A stretch of 64,000 bases of DNA from NCBI GenBank assembly GCA_963730095.1, contig CAVSQJ010000001.1, positions 689,599 to 753,598 of the forward strand. The letters run 5' to 3'. This stretch comes from an uncultured Acidobacteriota bacterium (GTDB lineage: Bacteria > Acidobacteriota > Vicinamibacteria > Vicinamibacterales > SCN-69-37). Every line of letters begins with the position of its first letter. The stretch's first letter is position 1. Below are positions 28,121-38,022 of the stretch, piece after piece. A program made the position numbers and the translations under genes. Under the pieces are notes generated by a model. It was not told the origin of the DNA, did no database searches, and saw only the letters and a program-made list of their open reading frames with translations.

Positions 28121-30715
28121 TCAGCTGTCGCGAAGAATGCGGGCGGGATCGAGCCCGGCGGCCCGCCGTGCCGGGCCCCAGCACGCCGCGGCGGCGACGG
28201 CCACGAGCGTGACGGGAACGATCGCGAGCGTTGCCGGATCGGTGGGACTCACGGCGAAGAGCACGGCGCGGAGCAGCCGCGCGGTCAGCAAGGCCGCGCC
28301 GAGTCCGACGCCGACGCCCGCGAGCACGAGGCTCAATCCGCGCGAAAGCACGAGGCGCCGGATCGCGGCCGGATCGCCGCCGAGCGCCAGCCGCACGCCG
28401 ATGTCTCGCGCGTGCTGCTGGACGAAGTGCGCCATCACGCCGTAGATGCCGACGACGGACAGCACGAGTGCGGTGAGTGCGAACATCCCGATCAGCGTGC
28501 CGAGGTACGTCGGCTTGGTGATCGAATCGGCGACGAGATCGTCGCCCGTCGCGATGTCGGAGATCGCGAGCCCAGGATCGAGCGCGCGCACGGTTTGCTG
28601 CAAGGCGAGCGAGAGTGACGCCGGATCGACGGCCGTGCGCAGCACGAAGTACGCGCTTGGCAGGTCCTCGAGCGGGAAGTACACCGTGCCGTCCGGCTCG
28701 GCCTCCAGCCCTGTCCACTTCACGTCGTCGACGACGCCGACGACGGTCGTCCAGGGACAGGACGTGCAGCCGCCACTGTGCAATCGCCGGCCGATGACGT
28801 CCTCGCCGGGAAAAAAACGATTCGCCCAGGCGCGGTCGACGACGATGACGTCATCGGCGAGCGAGTGCGAGTCGAGCAGTCGGCCGCGCTCGAGGCGCAG
28901 GCCGACGGTCTTGAAGAAGTCCGGAGACACGCCGACCCAGGTGCAGATCGGCTGATTCTGGCCGACGGGCGCCGGATGATCTTCGAGATCGAAATTGTTC
29001 TGCTGGCCGGCGTCGTCCGGCGGCCGGCTGTCGGCGAGCGCGGCCGACGTCACGCCCGGCAGCGCGGCCAGCCGCTCGACGGATCGCGTCCAGAAATCCG
29101 CGCGGCCGGTGTCCTTGGCGTAGGCGGGGCCGGTGAGCTGGACGGCGGCGGTGAGCAGATGCGACGTGTCGACGCCGACGGGTACGTGCCGGAGATGGTC
29201 GAGGCTCGAGAGCACGAGTGTCGCAGCGATGATGAGCGGCGTCGCGAGCGCGAACTCGAGCGCGACCAGCACGCGCCGCAACCGGCGCGCGGCGGGCGCG
29301 TCGCTGTTCGATCGGCCGCTCGCCGCGAGCGCCTGGTCGATGCGCAGCCGCGAGCCGTGGATTGCCGGGACGATGCCGATCACGAGACCGCTCGAGGCGG
29401 CGAGGATCGCCAGCCACCCGAGCACGGGACCCGACAACCGGACTTCGTCGATCCGCGGGATGTCGCTCGCGCCGTAGCTCCTCAGCAGCTGAATCGCGCC
29501 CGCGGCCACGGCGAGCGCGATGAGCGCCGCCGCAATCGTGAGCACGCCGGACTCTGCCGCGATCGTCTGCAGCAGCCGGACCCGCGACGCACCGAGCGCC
29601 CCGCGAATCGCCAACTCGCGACTGCGGCCGAGCGCGCGCGCGACGAGCAGGTTGACGGCGTTCGCGCACGCGATGAGCAGGACGCACGCCACGGCCGCCA
29701 GCGCGACGAACAGCGTCGAGCCGACGTCGCGGACGACGCGCGACTTGAGATCCTGCAGGCCCCAGGTGGCCTTTTCGTCCTGATATGACGATCGCCAGAT
29801 CGGAAAGAGCCGCCGGTTGGTCGCGCGCAAGGTGTCGAGAGCGGCAGCGCGGGAGATCCCGGGCCGCAGGCGACCCAGCGCCATCGTGAAAAACGGACCC
29901 TTGCGCGTCGGCGTCGGCCAGTGCGCGGCGGTGAAGAGCGAGATGTCGTGCTCGAGCGGGCCGCTCGGGCCGGCGAGCACCCCGACGATCGTCGCGCTCC
30001 CGCCGTCGATCGTCAGCGTTCGGCCGACGATCATGGGATCGGCTCCGAAGCGCTTCGCCCAGTACGGTGTCGTCAGCACGACGAGGGCGCCGCCGCGCGC
30101 ATCATCCGACGGGTCGAACAGTCGGCCGAGCGCGGGCTTCTGGCCGAGGAGCGGGAAATACGATCCGGTGACGTCCTTCGCGTTCACGCGCTCCGATTCC
30201 CCGTTCGTCGTCACGGTGACGCGATTCGTCTGGTAGCCGGCGATGCCGCTGAGGGCGGGATGATCGGCCTCGAGCGCGCGGTAGTCGACGACGGAGAAGC
30301 GGAAGTGAAAGGGCGGCGTGTCGGTGTAGATCCACGCGAGCGAGCCGGCGTCGGCGTAGGGCAGAGGGCTCACGAGCACCGCGCGGATCACGCTCACCAT
30401 CGCGGTCGTTGCGCCCAGGCCGATGCCGACCGTGAGCACGATCGTCGCGGCCACGATTGGCGCGCGCGCGAGGCTGCGGAGGCTATAGAGGACGTCCTGC
30501 CCCAGGTGCGTGACGCTCGATCGCGCCTCGTCCCACGTGTGGCTCATGCGCGCTCCCGCCAGGTGAAACGCGAACCCGACCCGCTGCCGGCGCAGCCATC
30601 GGGCGGCAGCGCGGTCGCCGTCCTGCCGGCGGTGCAGTTCGTAGAGCTCGGCCAGCTCGCTTTCGATCACGCGACGGTCCGCGTCGCTCACGAGCCACCG
30701 CGTCAGCCAGCGCAT
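28121..30715 (-). CDS. ADOP-type duplicated MacB/FtsX permease (different prefix type)
   Basis: 864 aa. Prefix is MRWLTRWLVSDADRRVIESELAELYELHRRQ. Two FtsX blocks; ends LDPARILRDS. The start is 1 nt after the PadR stop. Confidence 0.9.
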   Translation of the reverse strand: MRWLTRWLVSDADRRVIESELAELYELHRRQDGDRAAARWLRRQRVGFAFHLAGARMSHTWDEARSSVTHLGQDVLYSLRSLARAPIVAATIVLTVGIGLGATTAMVSVIRAVLVSPLPYADAGSLAWIYTDTPPFHFRFSVVDYRALEADHPALSGIAGYQTNRVTVTTNGESERVNAKDVTGSYFPLLGQKPALGRLFDPSDDARGGALVVLTTPYWAKRFGADPMIVGRTLTIDGGSATIVGVLAGPSGPLEHDISLFTAAHWPTPTRKGPFFTMALGRLRPGISRAAALDTLRATNRRLFPIWRSSYQDEKATWGLQDLKSRVVRDVGSTLFVALAAVACVLLIACANAVNLLVARALGRSRELAIRGALGASRVRLLQTIAAESGVLTIAAALIALAVAAGAIQLLRSYGASDIPRIDEVRLSGPVLGWLAILAASSGLVIGIVPAIHGSRLRIDQALAASGRSNSDAPAARRLRRVLVALEFALATPLIIAATLVLSSLDHLRHVPVGVDTSHLLTAAVQLTGPAYAKDTGRADFWTRSVERLAALPGVTSAALADSRPPDDAGQQNNFDLEDHPAPVGQNQPICTWVGVSPDFFKTVGLRLERGRLLDSHSLADDVIVVDRAWANRFFPGEDVIGRRLHSGGCTSCPWTTVVGVVDDVKWTGLEAEPDGTVYFPLEDLPSAYFVLRTAVDPASLSLALQQTVRALDPGLAISDIATGDDLVADSITKPTYLGTLIGMFALTALVLSVVGIYGVMAHFVQQHARDIGVRLALGGDPAAIRRLVLSRGLSLVLAGVGVGLGAALLTARLLRAVLFAVSPTDPATLAIVPVTLVAVAAAACWGPARRAAGLDPARILRDS

Positions 30716-30716
30716 C

Positions 30717-31040
30717 TCAGCTCCTGGGCGTTTTGAGCAGCGGCGCGAGGCCGCGCCACAGACGCGCGTGCTCGACCTGGTGCGCCTTGACGACGGCGAG
30801 GCCGCGCCTGGTCAGCTTGACGTAGCGGCGCGTGCGCCCGGCGTCGGGCGCGTCCAGCCGCGAGGCCACGAGGCCTTTGGCTTCGAGGCGGCTCAGGGCG
30901 ATGAAGACCGCCGCGGGCGCGACGCGCCGGCCCGCGCGCTTCTCGAGCTCGAGGAGCAGCGGCACGCTGTAGGTCTCGCCGCGCTGGCGCAGCATCGCGA
31001 CGAGGACCTGGAGCTCGAACGTCTGGAGCGACTTCGGCAT
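30717..31040 (-). CDS. PadR-like transcriptional regulator (short subtype)
   Basis: 107 aa: FELQVLVAMLRQRGETYSVPLLLELEKRAGRRVAPAAVFIALSRLEAKGLVASRL..RRYVKLTRRG. Confidence 0.8.
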   Translation of the reverse strand: MPKSLQTFELQVLVAMLRQRGETYSVPLLLELEKRAGRRVAPAAVFIALSRLEAKGLVASRLDAPDAGRTRRYVKLTRRGLAVVKAHQVEHARLWRGLAPLLKTPRS

Positions 31041-31081
31041 CGGCGGACTATACCACTAGCAGTGTTAGTCTGAGTCCGCCG
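31041..31081. promoter_or_regulatory. 9-bp stem (CGGCGGACT/AGTCCGCCG) with a 23-nt loop containing CACTAGCAGTG, abutting the PadR-like start codon
   Basis: Read directly from the sequence. It lies between the GH127 stop (31103) and the PadR-like start (31040), so it could act as a terminator, an operator or an RBS-occluding hairpin. Confidence 0.35.
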
Positions 31082-31102
31082 GCGATTGGTTAGCCGTCCT
31101 CG

Positions 31103-33454
31103 CTAGAACGCCCTGATCGCCCGGACCCGCCGCGGGAAGTCCTTGTCGTCGCTGTGCTGGCGGCCGTTGTCGGCGAAATCGATGTGCGCCGCCATGTCGG
31201 TGGTCTGCTGCGACGAGGACCAGTAGGTGAAGTTGTCGGCGATGCCGCGGCCGGCGAAATCGCCGAGGCCGGTGGCCTTGAGCGCGCGGTACATCTGGGC
31301 GAGCTCGTCGCGCGACGGCAGGAACCAGCCGCCGACGCCGTTGAGCGTGTATTCGGCGCAGAGCCGGGCGGCGGTGCCCGCCTCCGCGCAGGTCGCGAGC
31401 ATGTCCTTGGTGTTCTCGCGGCCGGCGCCGATGGCCGTGCCGCGCGCGCCGCTCGTGGGTGTGCGGAAGCAGCCCCACCTGGCGCCGGCGCTCTGATCGA
31501 CGGGCGCGGCCTCGAGGTAGCGCCAGCCGTCGGTCGCGTACTTCGGGTTGTCGTAGAAGATCAGGCCGCCCGCCGGGCCGACGTCGCCGATCGCGTACTC
31601 CGCGTGCGAGAGCCACACGGACATTTCACCGGCGCCGCGGTTGGCCCATTGGTAGTAGGGAATGAGCGTCACGGGCGCCGCCGCCAGCGTCGGGTTGGCG
31701 ACGCGACGGGCCGTCGTGCGAATCACCGTCGTGCCGTCGCGCGCCGGATCGACCGCGGCGACGAGCGGCGTATCGTGGCTCACGAGCAGATCGAGCACGC
31801 GCTTGTCGCCGGCGTCCGGCCACTCGGCGCAGTACACGATCGGCCCGCGCTCGATCGCCATCCGGCCCTTGTCCGCTCGCACGCGCGAGTCGGCGACGAC
31901 GCGCCGCACGTCCATCGGAAAGTCGACCGCGATGACGTCGCCGCTCGTCCAGGCCCGATCGATCGACACGTAGCCCATCGCGTCCGGCGCGGCGCCGACC
32001 GGCCGCCCGTTGACCGACACGGTCGCGCGCCGGTCGCTCGGTGTGCCGTAGCGATAGAGCGCCCCGGGCGCAGGCTGGTTGCGCGTCCAGCCCGGCATGC
32101 GCAGCTTGATCGCGCCCTTGACGTCGTGCTTGGCCGACATCGTGATCTTCGTTGCGCCGCCCCACGGCATGTCGCTCTCGACCTGGAGCGTGACCGGCTG
32201 ACCGCCGATCGCGAACGTCGCCTCGCTCGAGACGTACAGATTCACGTACACGGCGTCGCTCTTGTCCTGAGCGTAGATGAACCCCGGCATGCTCGCGAGA
32301 AACCGCACGAGGTTGGGCGGACAACACTCGAGCGAGGCGCGCGCCCAGCGGACGTCGCGCCCGTCGCCCGCGCTCGCGAGCCGGTTGACGTAGAAGAAGC
32401 GATCGCCGGACGCCGAGACGCCGTCGATCGCGTTGTTGTACATCCCGCGCTCCATGACGTCGATGTACTTGCTGTCGCCCGTCGCGAGGAACATCCGATG
32501 GTTGAACGTGATGAACATCAGCACCGCGCACGTTTCCGAGTAGGCCGAGATGTTCGGCAGCGCGTACGCCTCGCCGAAGCCTTCGTTGCCCGTCGAGCCC
32601 ACGCCGCCGGTGATGTACATCTTTCGCGTCGCCGCGTCCGTCCACATGCGCTCCGCGACCTTGAAGTACTCCGGCAGCCCGGTCAGCACGCCGACGTCGG
32701 CGACTGACACCATGAGCGAGCAGCAATTCACGGCGTGGCCGACCGCCTCGCTCTGCTCGAGCACCGGCGTGTACGACTGATTGTGGCGGCTGCGGCCGAC
32801 CGAGCTCTCGAGCCCGCGGATGTCGAGGTAGTGCTTCGCCAGATCGAGATGCTTCTTGTCTCGCGTGATGCGATAGAGCTGCAGGCAGTTGATCGCGTCG
32901 CGCTCGCCGCCGTTGAACGGCGGGTTGCGGACGCGGAAATCTTCGTAGAGCGCGTCGGCGGATGCGATCGCCGGATCGAGCAGGTCCCGCCTGCCGGTCG
33001 CCTGAAACCATGCCGCCGCGACCTCGAAGCCGCCGTTGCCGCGCTCGGGACGCGCCGCGAGCGAGCCAACGCTCGAGTCGACGATCTTCTGGAGCGCCGC
33101 ATCCGGGTGCGTCTCGAGCGAGTAGATCGCCGCCTCGAGCACGTTCCCGCTGAGCGCGCGGCCGTTCTCCGTCAGCTTCTGGACCTCGAACGGAATCGTC
33201 ACCGTCGCGTTGGTCGCGACCTTCGGCTGCCAGAACGCGTCGCGGAGCGCCACCTCGGCGTATCGCTTCGCGCGAATCGAGTAGTCGGCGACCGGCGTGT
33301 ACGCGCGGCTGCCAATCTGGACGCTCCCCGCGCTGGCCGACTGCGCCTCCGCGTGCGCCACCGGAAGGCGCGCCGCACACGCCAGGGCGCCCGCGGCCGC
33401 CGACGCCGTCTTCAGAAACTCCCGTCGAGCGATGGGATCTGCCATGGCCGCCAT
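31103..33454 (-). CDS. Tat-exported GH127 (DUF1680, beta-L-arabinofuranosidase family) fused to a C-terminal DUF1566/Lcl-like domain
   Basis: Tat signal ARREFLKTASAAAGA. The GH127-like core includes ..HAVNCCSLM..ETCAVLMF..LECCPPN. The last ~150 aa (GGLIFYDNPKYATDGWRYLEAAP..GGWFLPSRDELAQMY..YWSSS) is DUF1566-like. Confidence 0.8.
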   Translation of the reverse strand: MAAMADPIARREFLKTASAAAGALACAARLPVAHAEAQSASAGSVQIGSRAYTPVADYSIRAKRYAEVALRDAFWQPKVATNATVTIPFEVQKLTENGRALSGNVLEAAIYSLETHPDAALQKIVDSSVGSLAARPERGNGGFEVAAAWFQATGRRDLLDPAIASADALYEDFRVRNPPFNGGERDAINCLQLYRITRDKKHLDLAKHYLDIRGLESSVGRSRHNQSYTPVLEQSEAVGHAVNCCSLMVSVADVGVLTGLPEYFKVAERMWTDAATRKMYITGGVGSTGNEGFGEAYALPNISAYSETCAVLMFITFNHRMFLATGDSKYIDVMERGMYNNAIDGVSASGDRFFYVNRLASAGDGRDVRWARASLECCPPNLVRFLASMPGFIYAQDKSDAVYVNLYVSSEATFAIGGQPVTLQVESDMPWGGATKITMSAKHDVKGAIKLRMPGWTRNQPAPGALYRYGTPSDRRATVSVNGRPVGAAPDAMGYVSIDRAWTSGDVIAVDFPMDVRRVVADSRVRADKGRMAIERGPIVYCAEWPDAGDKRVLDLLVSHDTPLVAAVDPARDGTTVIRTTARRVANPTLAAAPVTLIPYYQWANRGAGEMSVWLSHAEYAIGDVGPAGGLIFYDNPKYATDGWRYLEAAPVDQSAGARWGCFRTPTSGARGTAIGAGRENTKDMLATCAEAGTAARLCAEYTLNGVGGWFLPSRDELAQMYRALKATGLGDFAGRGIADNFTYWSSSQQTTDMAAHIDFADNGRQHSDDKDFPRRVRAIRAF

Positions 33455-33532
33455 TCTAAGACCGTTCCCGCCAACCAACCGCGGGCCGGGATCGTCTCAG
33501 GTAGATGATCTAGTGGTCGGAGGCGCGAGCGC

Positions 33533-33886
33533 ATGCCGAAACGAGGAACGCCGCCCATCGAGGGCGATCTGCTGCAGGGCACGCTGGACCTGCTCATCCT
33601 GAGGACCGTCGCGCTCGGCGCGGCCCACGGCCACGCGATCGCGCACGCCATCGAGCGCCAGTCCGACGCGGTCCTCCAGGTCGAGCACGGCTCGCTCTAC
33701 CCGGCGCTGCACCGGCTCGAAGACCGCGGCTGGATCGCGTCGTTCTGGGGCACGTCGGAGAACAATCGCCGCGCGCGCTACTACCGCCTGACGCCGGCCG
33801 GCCGTCGCCAGCTCGCGCAGCAGACGTCACGGTGGGACGTGCTCGTCGGCGCCATCAACCGCGTGCTCCGACCGACGGGAGGCTAG
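33533..33886 (+). CDS. PadR family transcriptional regulator
   Basis: [64 protein letters not shown]. The stop directly abuts the permease GTG start. Confidence 0.9.
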   Translation: MPKRGTPPIEGDLLQGTLDLLILRTVALGAAHGHAIAHAIERQSDAVLQVEHGSLYPALHRLEDRGWIASFWGTSENNRRARYYRLTPAGRRQLAQQTSRWDVLVGAINRVLRPTGG

Positions 33887-36580
33887 GTGGGCGTCTCGCG
33901 CTTCTGGCGTCGCGCGAGGTGGGACGATGAACGTCGCGCCGAGCTCGAGGACTACGTCGCGCGCGAAACCGAGGACAACCTCGCGCGCGGCCTCAGTCCG
34001 GACGAAGCGCACGCGCGGGCCCTTCGCAAGCTTGGCAACGCCACGCTCGTGCGTGAGGAGATCTTCGAGATGAATACGATCAACTGGCTCGAGTCCGTCT
34101 GGCAGGACGTGAGGTACGGCGCGCGTGTGCTCCGCCGCAGTCCCGCGTTCGCCATTGTCGCGCTCCTCTCGCTCGCGCTCGGCATCGGCGCCAACGCGGC
34201 GATTTTTCAGCTGCTCGACATCGTGCGGCTGCGAACGCTCCCGCTCCACCGCCCCGAAGAGATCTTCGAGGTCCGCATCGGCCCGAACAAGACTGGTCGC
34301 ACAGGCTCGTTCCAGGGCACGAGGCCGTCGCTGACCAATCCGATCTGGGAGCAGATTCGCGATCAGCAGCAGTCGTTTTCGGACCTCGTCGCGTACGGCT
34401 CAGCCACGTTCGATCTCTCATCGGGCGGCGAAGCGCGGCCGGCGGAGGGCCTGTTCGTCAGCGGCCGCTTTTTCCATCTCCTCGAAGGACGCGCCGAGCG
34501 CGGGCGGCTGATCGAAGCCGGCGACGATGTGCGCGGATGTGGATCGCCGGGAGCGGTGATCAGCGCCGCGTTCTGGCAGAAGGAATTCGGCGGGGCAGGC
34601 GACATCGTCGGCCGCGCGCTCAGGCTCGACGGCCAGCCTGTGCCAATTATCGGCGTCGTCAATCGCGGGTTCGCCGGAATCGAGGTCGGCCGCCGCACGG
34701 ATGCGTATCTGCCGATTTGCGCCCGGCCACTCCTCAAGCGAAGCGATCCAGGGATCGACGCGCGCGCCGTCTGGTGGCTCGCGGCGTTCGGACGCCTCGA
34801 GCCGGGCACGACGATCGAGCAAGCGAAGGCCGAGCTGGCGTCGCGGTCGCCGGCGATCTTCCAGTCGACGGTCGCGCCCAACTACGCTCCAGAGGACGCG
34901 AAAGGCTACCAGGCCTTTCAGCTCTCGGCGTTTCCCGCCGGCACGGGCGTGTCCGGGCTGCGCGCCCGCTACAGCGATTCTCTGACGGTGTTGCTCTCGA
35001 TTGCCGGGCTCGTGCTGCTGATCGCGTGCGCGAACCTGGCGAACCTCATGCTCGCGCGCGGGGCGGCACGGGCGCGCGAGATTTCGCTGCGATTGGCGAT
35101 TGGCGCGTCGCGTCGGCGCGTGTTCCGGCAGCTGATCGCCGAGAGCCTGCTGCTCGCCGGTCTCGGCGCGGCGGCCGGCATCTGGCTGGCCCTCGCGCTG
35201 AGCCGTCTGCTCGTTGCGATCCTCGTGAGCGACGGCGGCCCGTGGACGCTCGATCTCGCGATCGACTGGCGCCTGGCGGGCTTCACGGTCGCGCTCGCGG
35301 TCGTCGCGTGCCTGCTGTTCGGCCTGTGGCCCGCCTGGCGCGCCACGCGCACCCAGCCCAGCGAGGTGCTGAGGCGATCGGGCCGAGGCCTGACGGCGGA
35401 TCGCGGCCGCTTCATCGTGCGTCGCGTACTGGTCGTGTCGCAGATCGCGATCTCGCTCGTCCTCGTGGTCGGCGCGCTCCTCTTCGTCGGCACGCTGGAG
35501 AACCTGACGACGGCCGATTTCGGGTTCTCCGATCGCGACGTGCTCACCGCGAATCTCGACTTGCGCCCGGCGGGCGTCGCGCCGGGCGCGATGCTGGTGT
35601 TTCAGCAGCGCCTGCTCGATCGGCTGCGCGCGGTGCCGGACGTGGCGCAGGCATCGTCGGCCGCGATCGTGCCGGTGAGCGGGTCGGGCTGGAATGAGAC
35701 GGTCATCATCGACGGCGAGAAGAAGGACGGGCATCCCGACGCGAATCGCGTGAGCGCGTCATTCTTCCAGGCGCTCGCCGTGCCGTTCATCTCGGGCCGC
35801 ACCTTCGACGCGCGTGACAAAGTGGGCGCGCCGCCGGTCGCCATCGTGAATGAGGCGTTCGCGGCGAAGTACCTCGGCGCCAATCCGATCGGGCGGTCGT
35901 TCAGGCTCGAGGTCGGCCCGGGCGATCCGGATCCGACCTTCGAGGTCATCGGCGTCGTGCACAACACGAAGTATCGCGATCTGCGCGAGCCGCTCGGACC
36001 GATCATGTACTTCGCGGACACTCAGGAGGCCGAGCCGTCGCCGTTCATCACGGTGGTCGTCAGGGCGCGGCACGATTCGGCGGCGCTCCGCGCGAGCCTG
36101 ATGCGCGCGGTCGCCGACGTGCATCCGGCGATCACGGTGACACTGCAGTCGATGACCGAACAGATCCAGAGCACGCTGCTGCGCGAACGGCTGATGGCCG
36201 CGCTCTCGGGCGGCTTTGCGGCGCTCGCCGTCGTGCTTGCGGCCGTCGGCCTCTACGGCCTGATGGCGTACGGCGTGGCGCGGCGACGCAACGAGATCGG
36301 CGTGCGCGTGGCGCTTGGCGCCACGCGCGGCCGCATCGTCCTGATGATCGTTCGCGAGACGGCGATCCTCGTGGTCGCCGGCGTCGTCGCCGGCGTCGGG
36401 TTGACGATCTGGTCGGGCCGCGCGGCCGAGGCGCTGCTCTATGGCCTCACCGGATCCGATCCGCGAATGCTGGCGATCGGCGTCCTCGCGCTCACGGCCG
36501 TCGCCGTCATCGCGAGCGTGGTGCCCGCGCAGCGGGCCGCGCGGCTGGATCCGACGACGGCGCTGCGCGAAGAAACGTAG
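33887..36580 (+). CDS. ADOP-type duplicated MacB/FtsX permease with helical prefix
   Basis: 897 aa. Prefix is ELEDYVARETEDNLARGLSPDEAHARALRKLGN. Two FtsX blocks; ends LDPTTALREET. Confidence 0.9.
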   Translation: MGVSRFWRRARWDDERRAELEDYVARETEDNLARGLSPDEAHARALRKLGNATLVREEIFEMNTINWLESVWQDVRYGARVLRRSPAFAIVALLSLALGIGANAAIFQLLDIVRLRTLPLHRPEEIFEVRIGPNKTGRTGSFQGTRPSLTNPIWEQIRDQQQSFSDLVAYGSATFDLSSGGEARPAEGLFVSGRFFHLLEGRAERGRLIEAGDDVRGCGSPGAVISAAFWQKEFGGAGDIVGRALRLDGQPVPIIGVVNRGFAGIEVGRRTDAYLPICARPLLKRSDPGIDARAVWWLAAFGRLEPGTTIEQAKAELASRSPAIFQSTVAPNYAPEDAKGYQAFQLSAFPAGTGVSGLRARYSDSLTVLLSIAGLVLLIACANLANLMLARGAARAREISLRLAIGASRRRVFRQLIAESLLLAGLGAAAGIWLALALSRLLVAILVSDGGPWTLDLAIDWRLAGFTVALAVVACLLFGLWPAWRATRTQPSEVLRRSGRGLTADRGRFIVRRVLVVSQIAISLVLVVGALLFVGTLENLTTADFGFSDRDVLTANLDLRPAGVAPGAMLVFQQRLLDRLRAVPDVAQASSAAIVPVSGSGWNETVIIDGEKKDGHPDANRVSASFFQALAVPFISGRTFDARDKVGAPPVAIVNEAFAAKYLGANPIGRSFRLEVGPGDPDPTFEVIGVVHNTKYRDLREPLGPIMYFADTQEAEPSPFITVVVRARHDSAALRASLMRAVADVHPAITVTLQSMTEQIQSTLLRERLMAALSGGFAALAVVLAAVGLYGLMAYGVARRRNEIGVRVALGATRGRIVLMIVRETAILVVAGVVAGVGLTIWSGRAAEALLYGLTGSDPRMLAIGVLALTAVAVIASVVPAQRAARLDPTTALREET

Positions 36581-36589
36581 CGGCCAGGA

Positions 36590-36886
36590 TTACCCGCCCG
36601 CCATCGCGCCGACGATCAGGAACGGCTCGCGGCCGCGGGCGACCGCGTCGGGCAGCGGTGCGTCCGGGCGCTCGAACGACCAATCTTCCTCACAGGCAAA
36701 GAAGCGCACGAGCGGCCGGCGCTCGTGCGTCACCTGATCGCGAATCGTGCCGCAGAGCATCGGGTAACGCGCCTCGAGGGCGTCGAGAATGGCGCGCGGC
36801 GTGACGACGCTCCCGACGTCGAGCGCGAGCTCACCGCCGACGTTGGCGAGCGTTCTGAGGTGCACCGGCAGGACGACGCGAATCAT
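36590..36886 (-). CDS. MoaD/ThiS-family ubiquitin-like protein ending in Gly-Gly
   Basis: 98 aa from [48 protein letters not shown], then stop. Confidence 0.8.
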   Translation of the reverse strand: MIRVVLPVHLRTLANVGGELALDVGSVVTPRAILDALEARYPMLCGTIRDQVTHERRPLVRFFACEEDWSFERPDAPLPDAVARGREPFLIVGAMAGG

Positions 36887-36891
36887 CGGGC

Positions 36892-38022
36892 TCACCGGGA
36901 CGCGGCGGAGACCGTCTGCACTTCGACCGAGAGCACCGGCGGAAGATTCTGCGCGATCGCGGTCCAGTGATCGCCGCCATCCTTCGACGCGTAGACCTGG
37001 CCGCCCGACGTGCCGAAGTACACGCCGCACTCGTCGAGCCGGTCGACCGCCATCGCGTCGCGCAACACGTTCACGTAGCAATCCTGCTGCGGCAGACCGT
37101 TGGTGAGCGGCTCCCACTCGTTGCCGCCGGTGCGGCTGCGATAGACGCGCAGCTTGCCGTCGGGCGGGTAGTGCTCCGAGTCGCTCTTGATCGGGACGAC
37201 GTAGATCGTGTCGGGCTCATGCGCGTGGACGTCGATCGCGAAGCCGAAATCCGTCGGCAGATTTCCGCTGACCTCGTGCCACGATTCGCCGGCGTCATGG
37301 CTGCGCATGACATCCCAATGCTTCTGCATGTACAGCACGTTCGGGCGCTCGGCGTGCATGGCGATGTGGTGAACGCAGTGGCCGACCTCCGCGTCCGGAT
37401 CAGGCAACACGCCCTGCGACATCAGACCCTTGTTGATCGGCCGCCACGTTGCGCCGTCATCGTCGGTGCGAAATGCGCCGGCGGCCGAGATCGCGATGAA
37501 CATGCGGCCCGCGTGTTTGACGTCCGCGATGATCGTGTGCAGGCACAGTCCGCCCGCGCCCGGCTGCCAGTGGGACGCGGACTTGTGCGTGCGCAGCCCG
37601 GGCAGCTCCTGCCATGTCGCGCCGCCGTCGGTCGTGCGGAAGAGCGCGGCGTCCTCGACGCCCGCGTAGACCGTGTCCGGATCGCCCGGCGAGGGCTCGA
37701 GATGCCACACGCGCTTGAACTCCCACGGGTGCGGCGTGCCGTCGTACCACTTGTGCGGGCCGGGCGTGCCTTCGTAGAGGAATTTGTTGCCGACGGGCTC
37801 CCACGTCTTGCCGGCGTCATTCGAGCGCTGAATGAGCTGGCCGAACCAGCCGCTGCTTTGCGACGCGTAGAGGCGATCCGGATTCGCCGGCGATCCCTTC
37901 AGGTGGTAGATCTCCCAGCCGCCAAAGTGCGGGCCGGCGATCTTCCACGTCGCCCGCCGGCCGTCGGCGGTGAGCACGAACGCGCCCTTGCGCGTTCCCA
38001 CGAGCACGCGGACCCCGTTCAT
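36892..38022 (-). CDS. BNR/Asp-box (sialidase/sortilin-like) beta-propeller protein, no signal peptide
   Basis: Repeated Asp-box-like SxDxGxTW motifs: [53 protein letters not shown]. Confidence 0.8.
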   Translation of the reverse strand: MNGVRVLVGTRKGAFVLTADGRRATWKIAGPHFGGWEIYHLKGSPANPDRLYASQSSGWFGQLIQRSNDAGKTWEPVGNKFLYEGTPGPHKWYDGTPHPWEFKRVWHLEPSPGDPDTVYAGVEDAALFRTTDGGATWQELPGLRTHKSASHWQPGAGGLCLHTIIADVKHAGRMFIAISAAGAFRTDDDGATWRPINKGLMSQGVLPDPDAEVGHCVHHIAMHAERPNVLYMQKHWDVMRSHDAGESWHEVSGNLPTDFGFAIDVHAHEPDTIYVVPIKSDSEHYPPDGKLRVYRSRTGGNEWEPLTNGLPQQDCYVNVLRDAMAVDRLDECGVYFGTSGGQVYASKDGGDHWTAIAQNLPPVLSVEVQTVSAASR

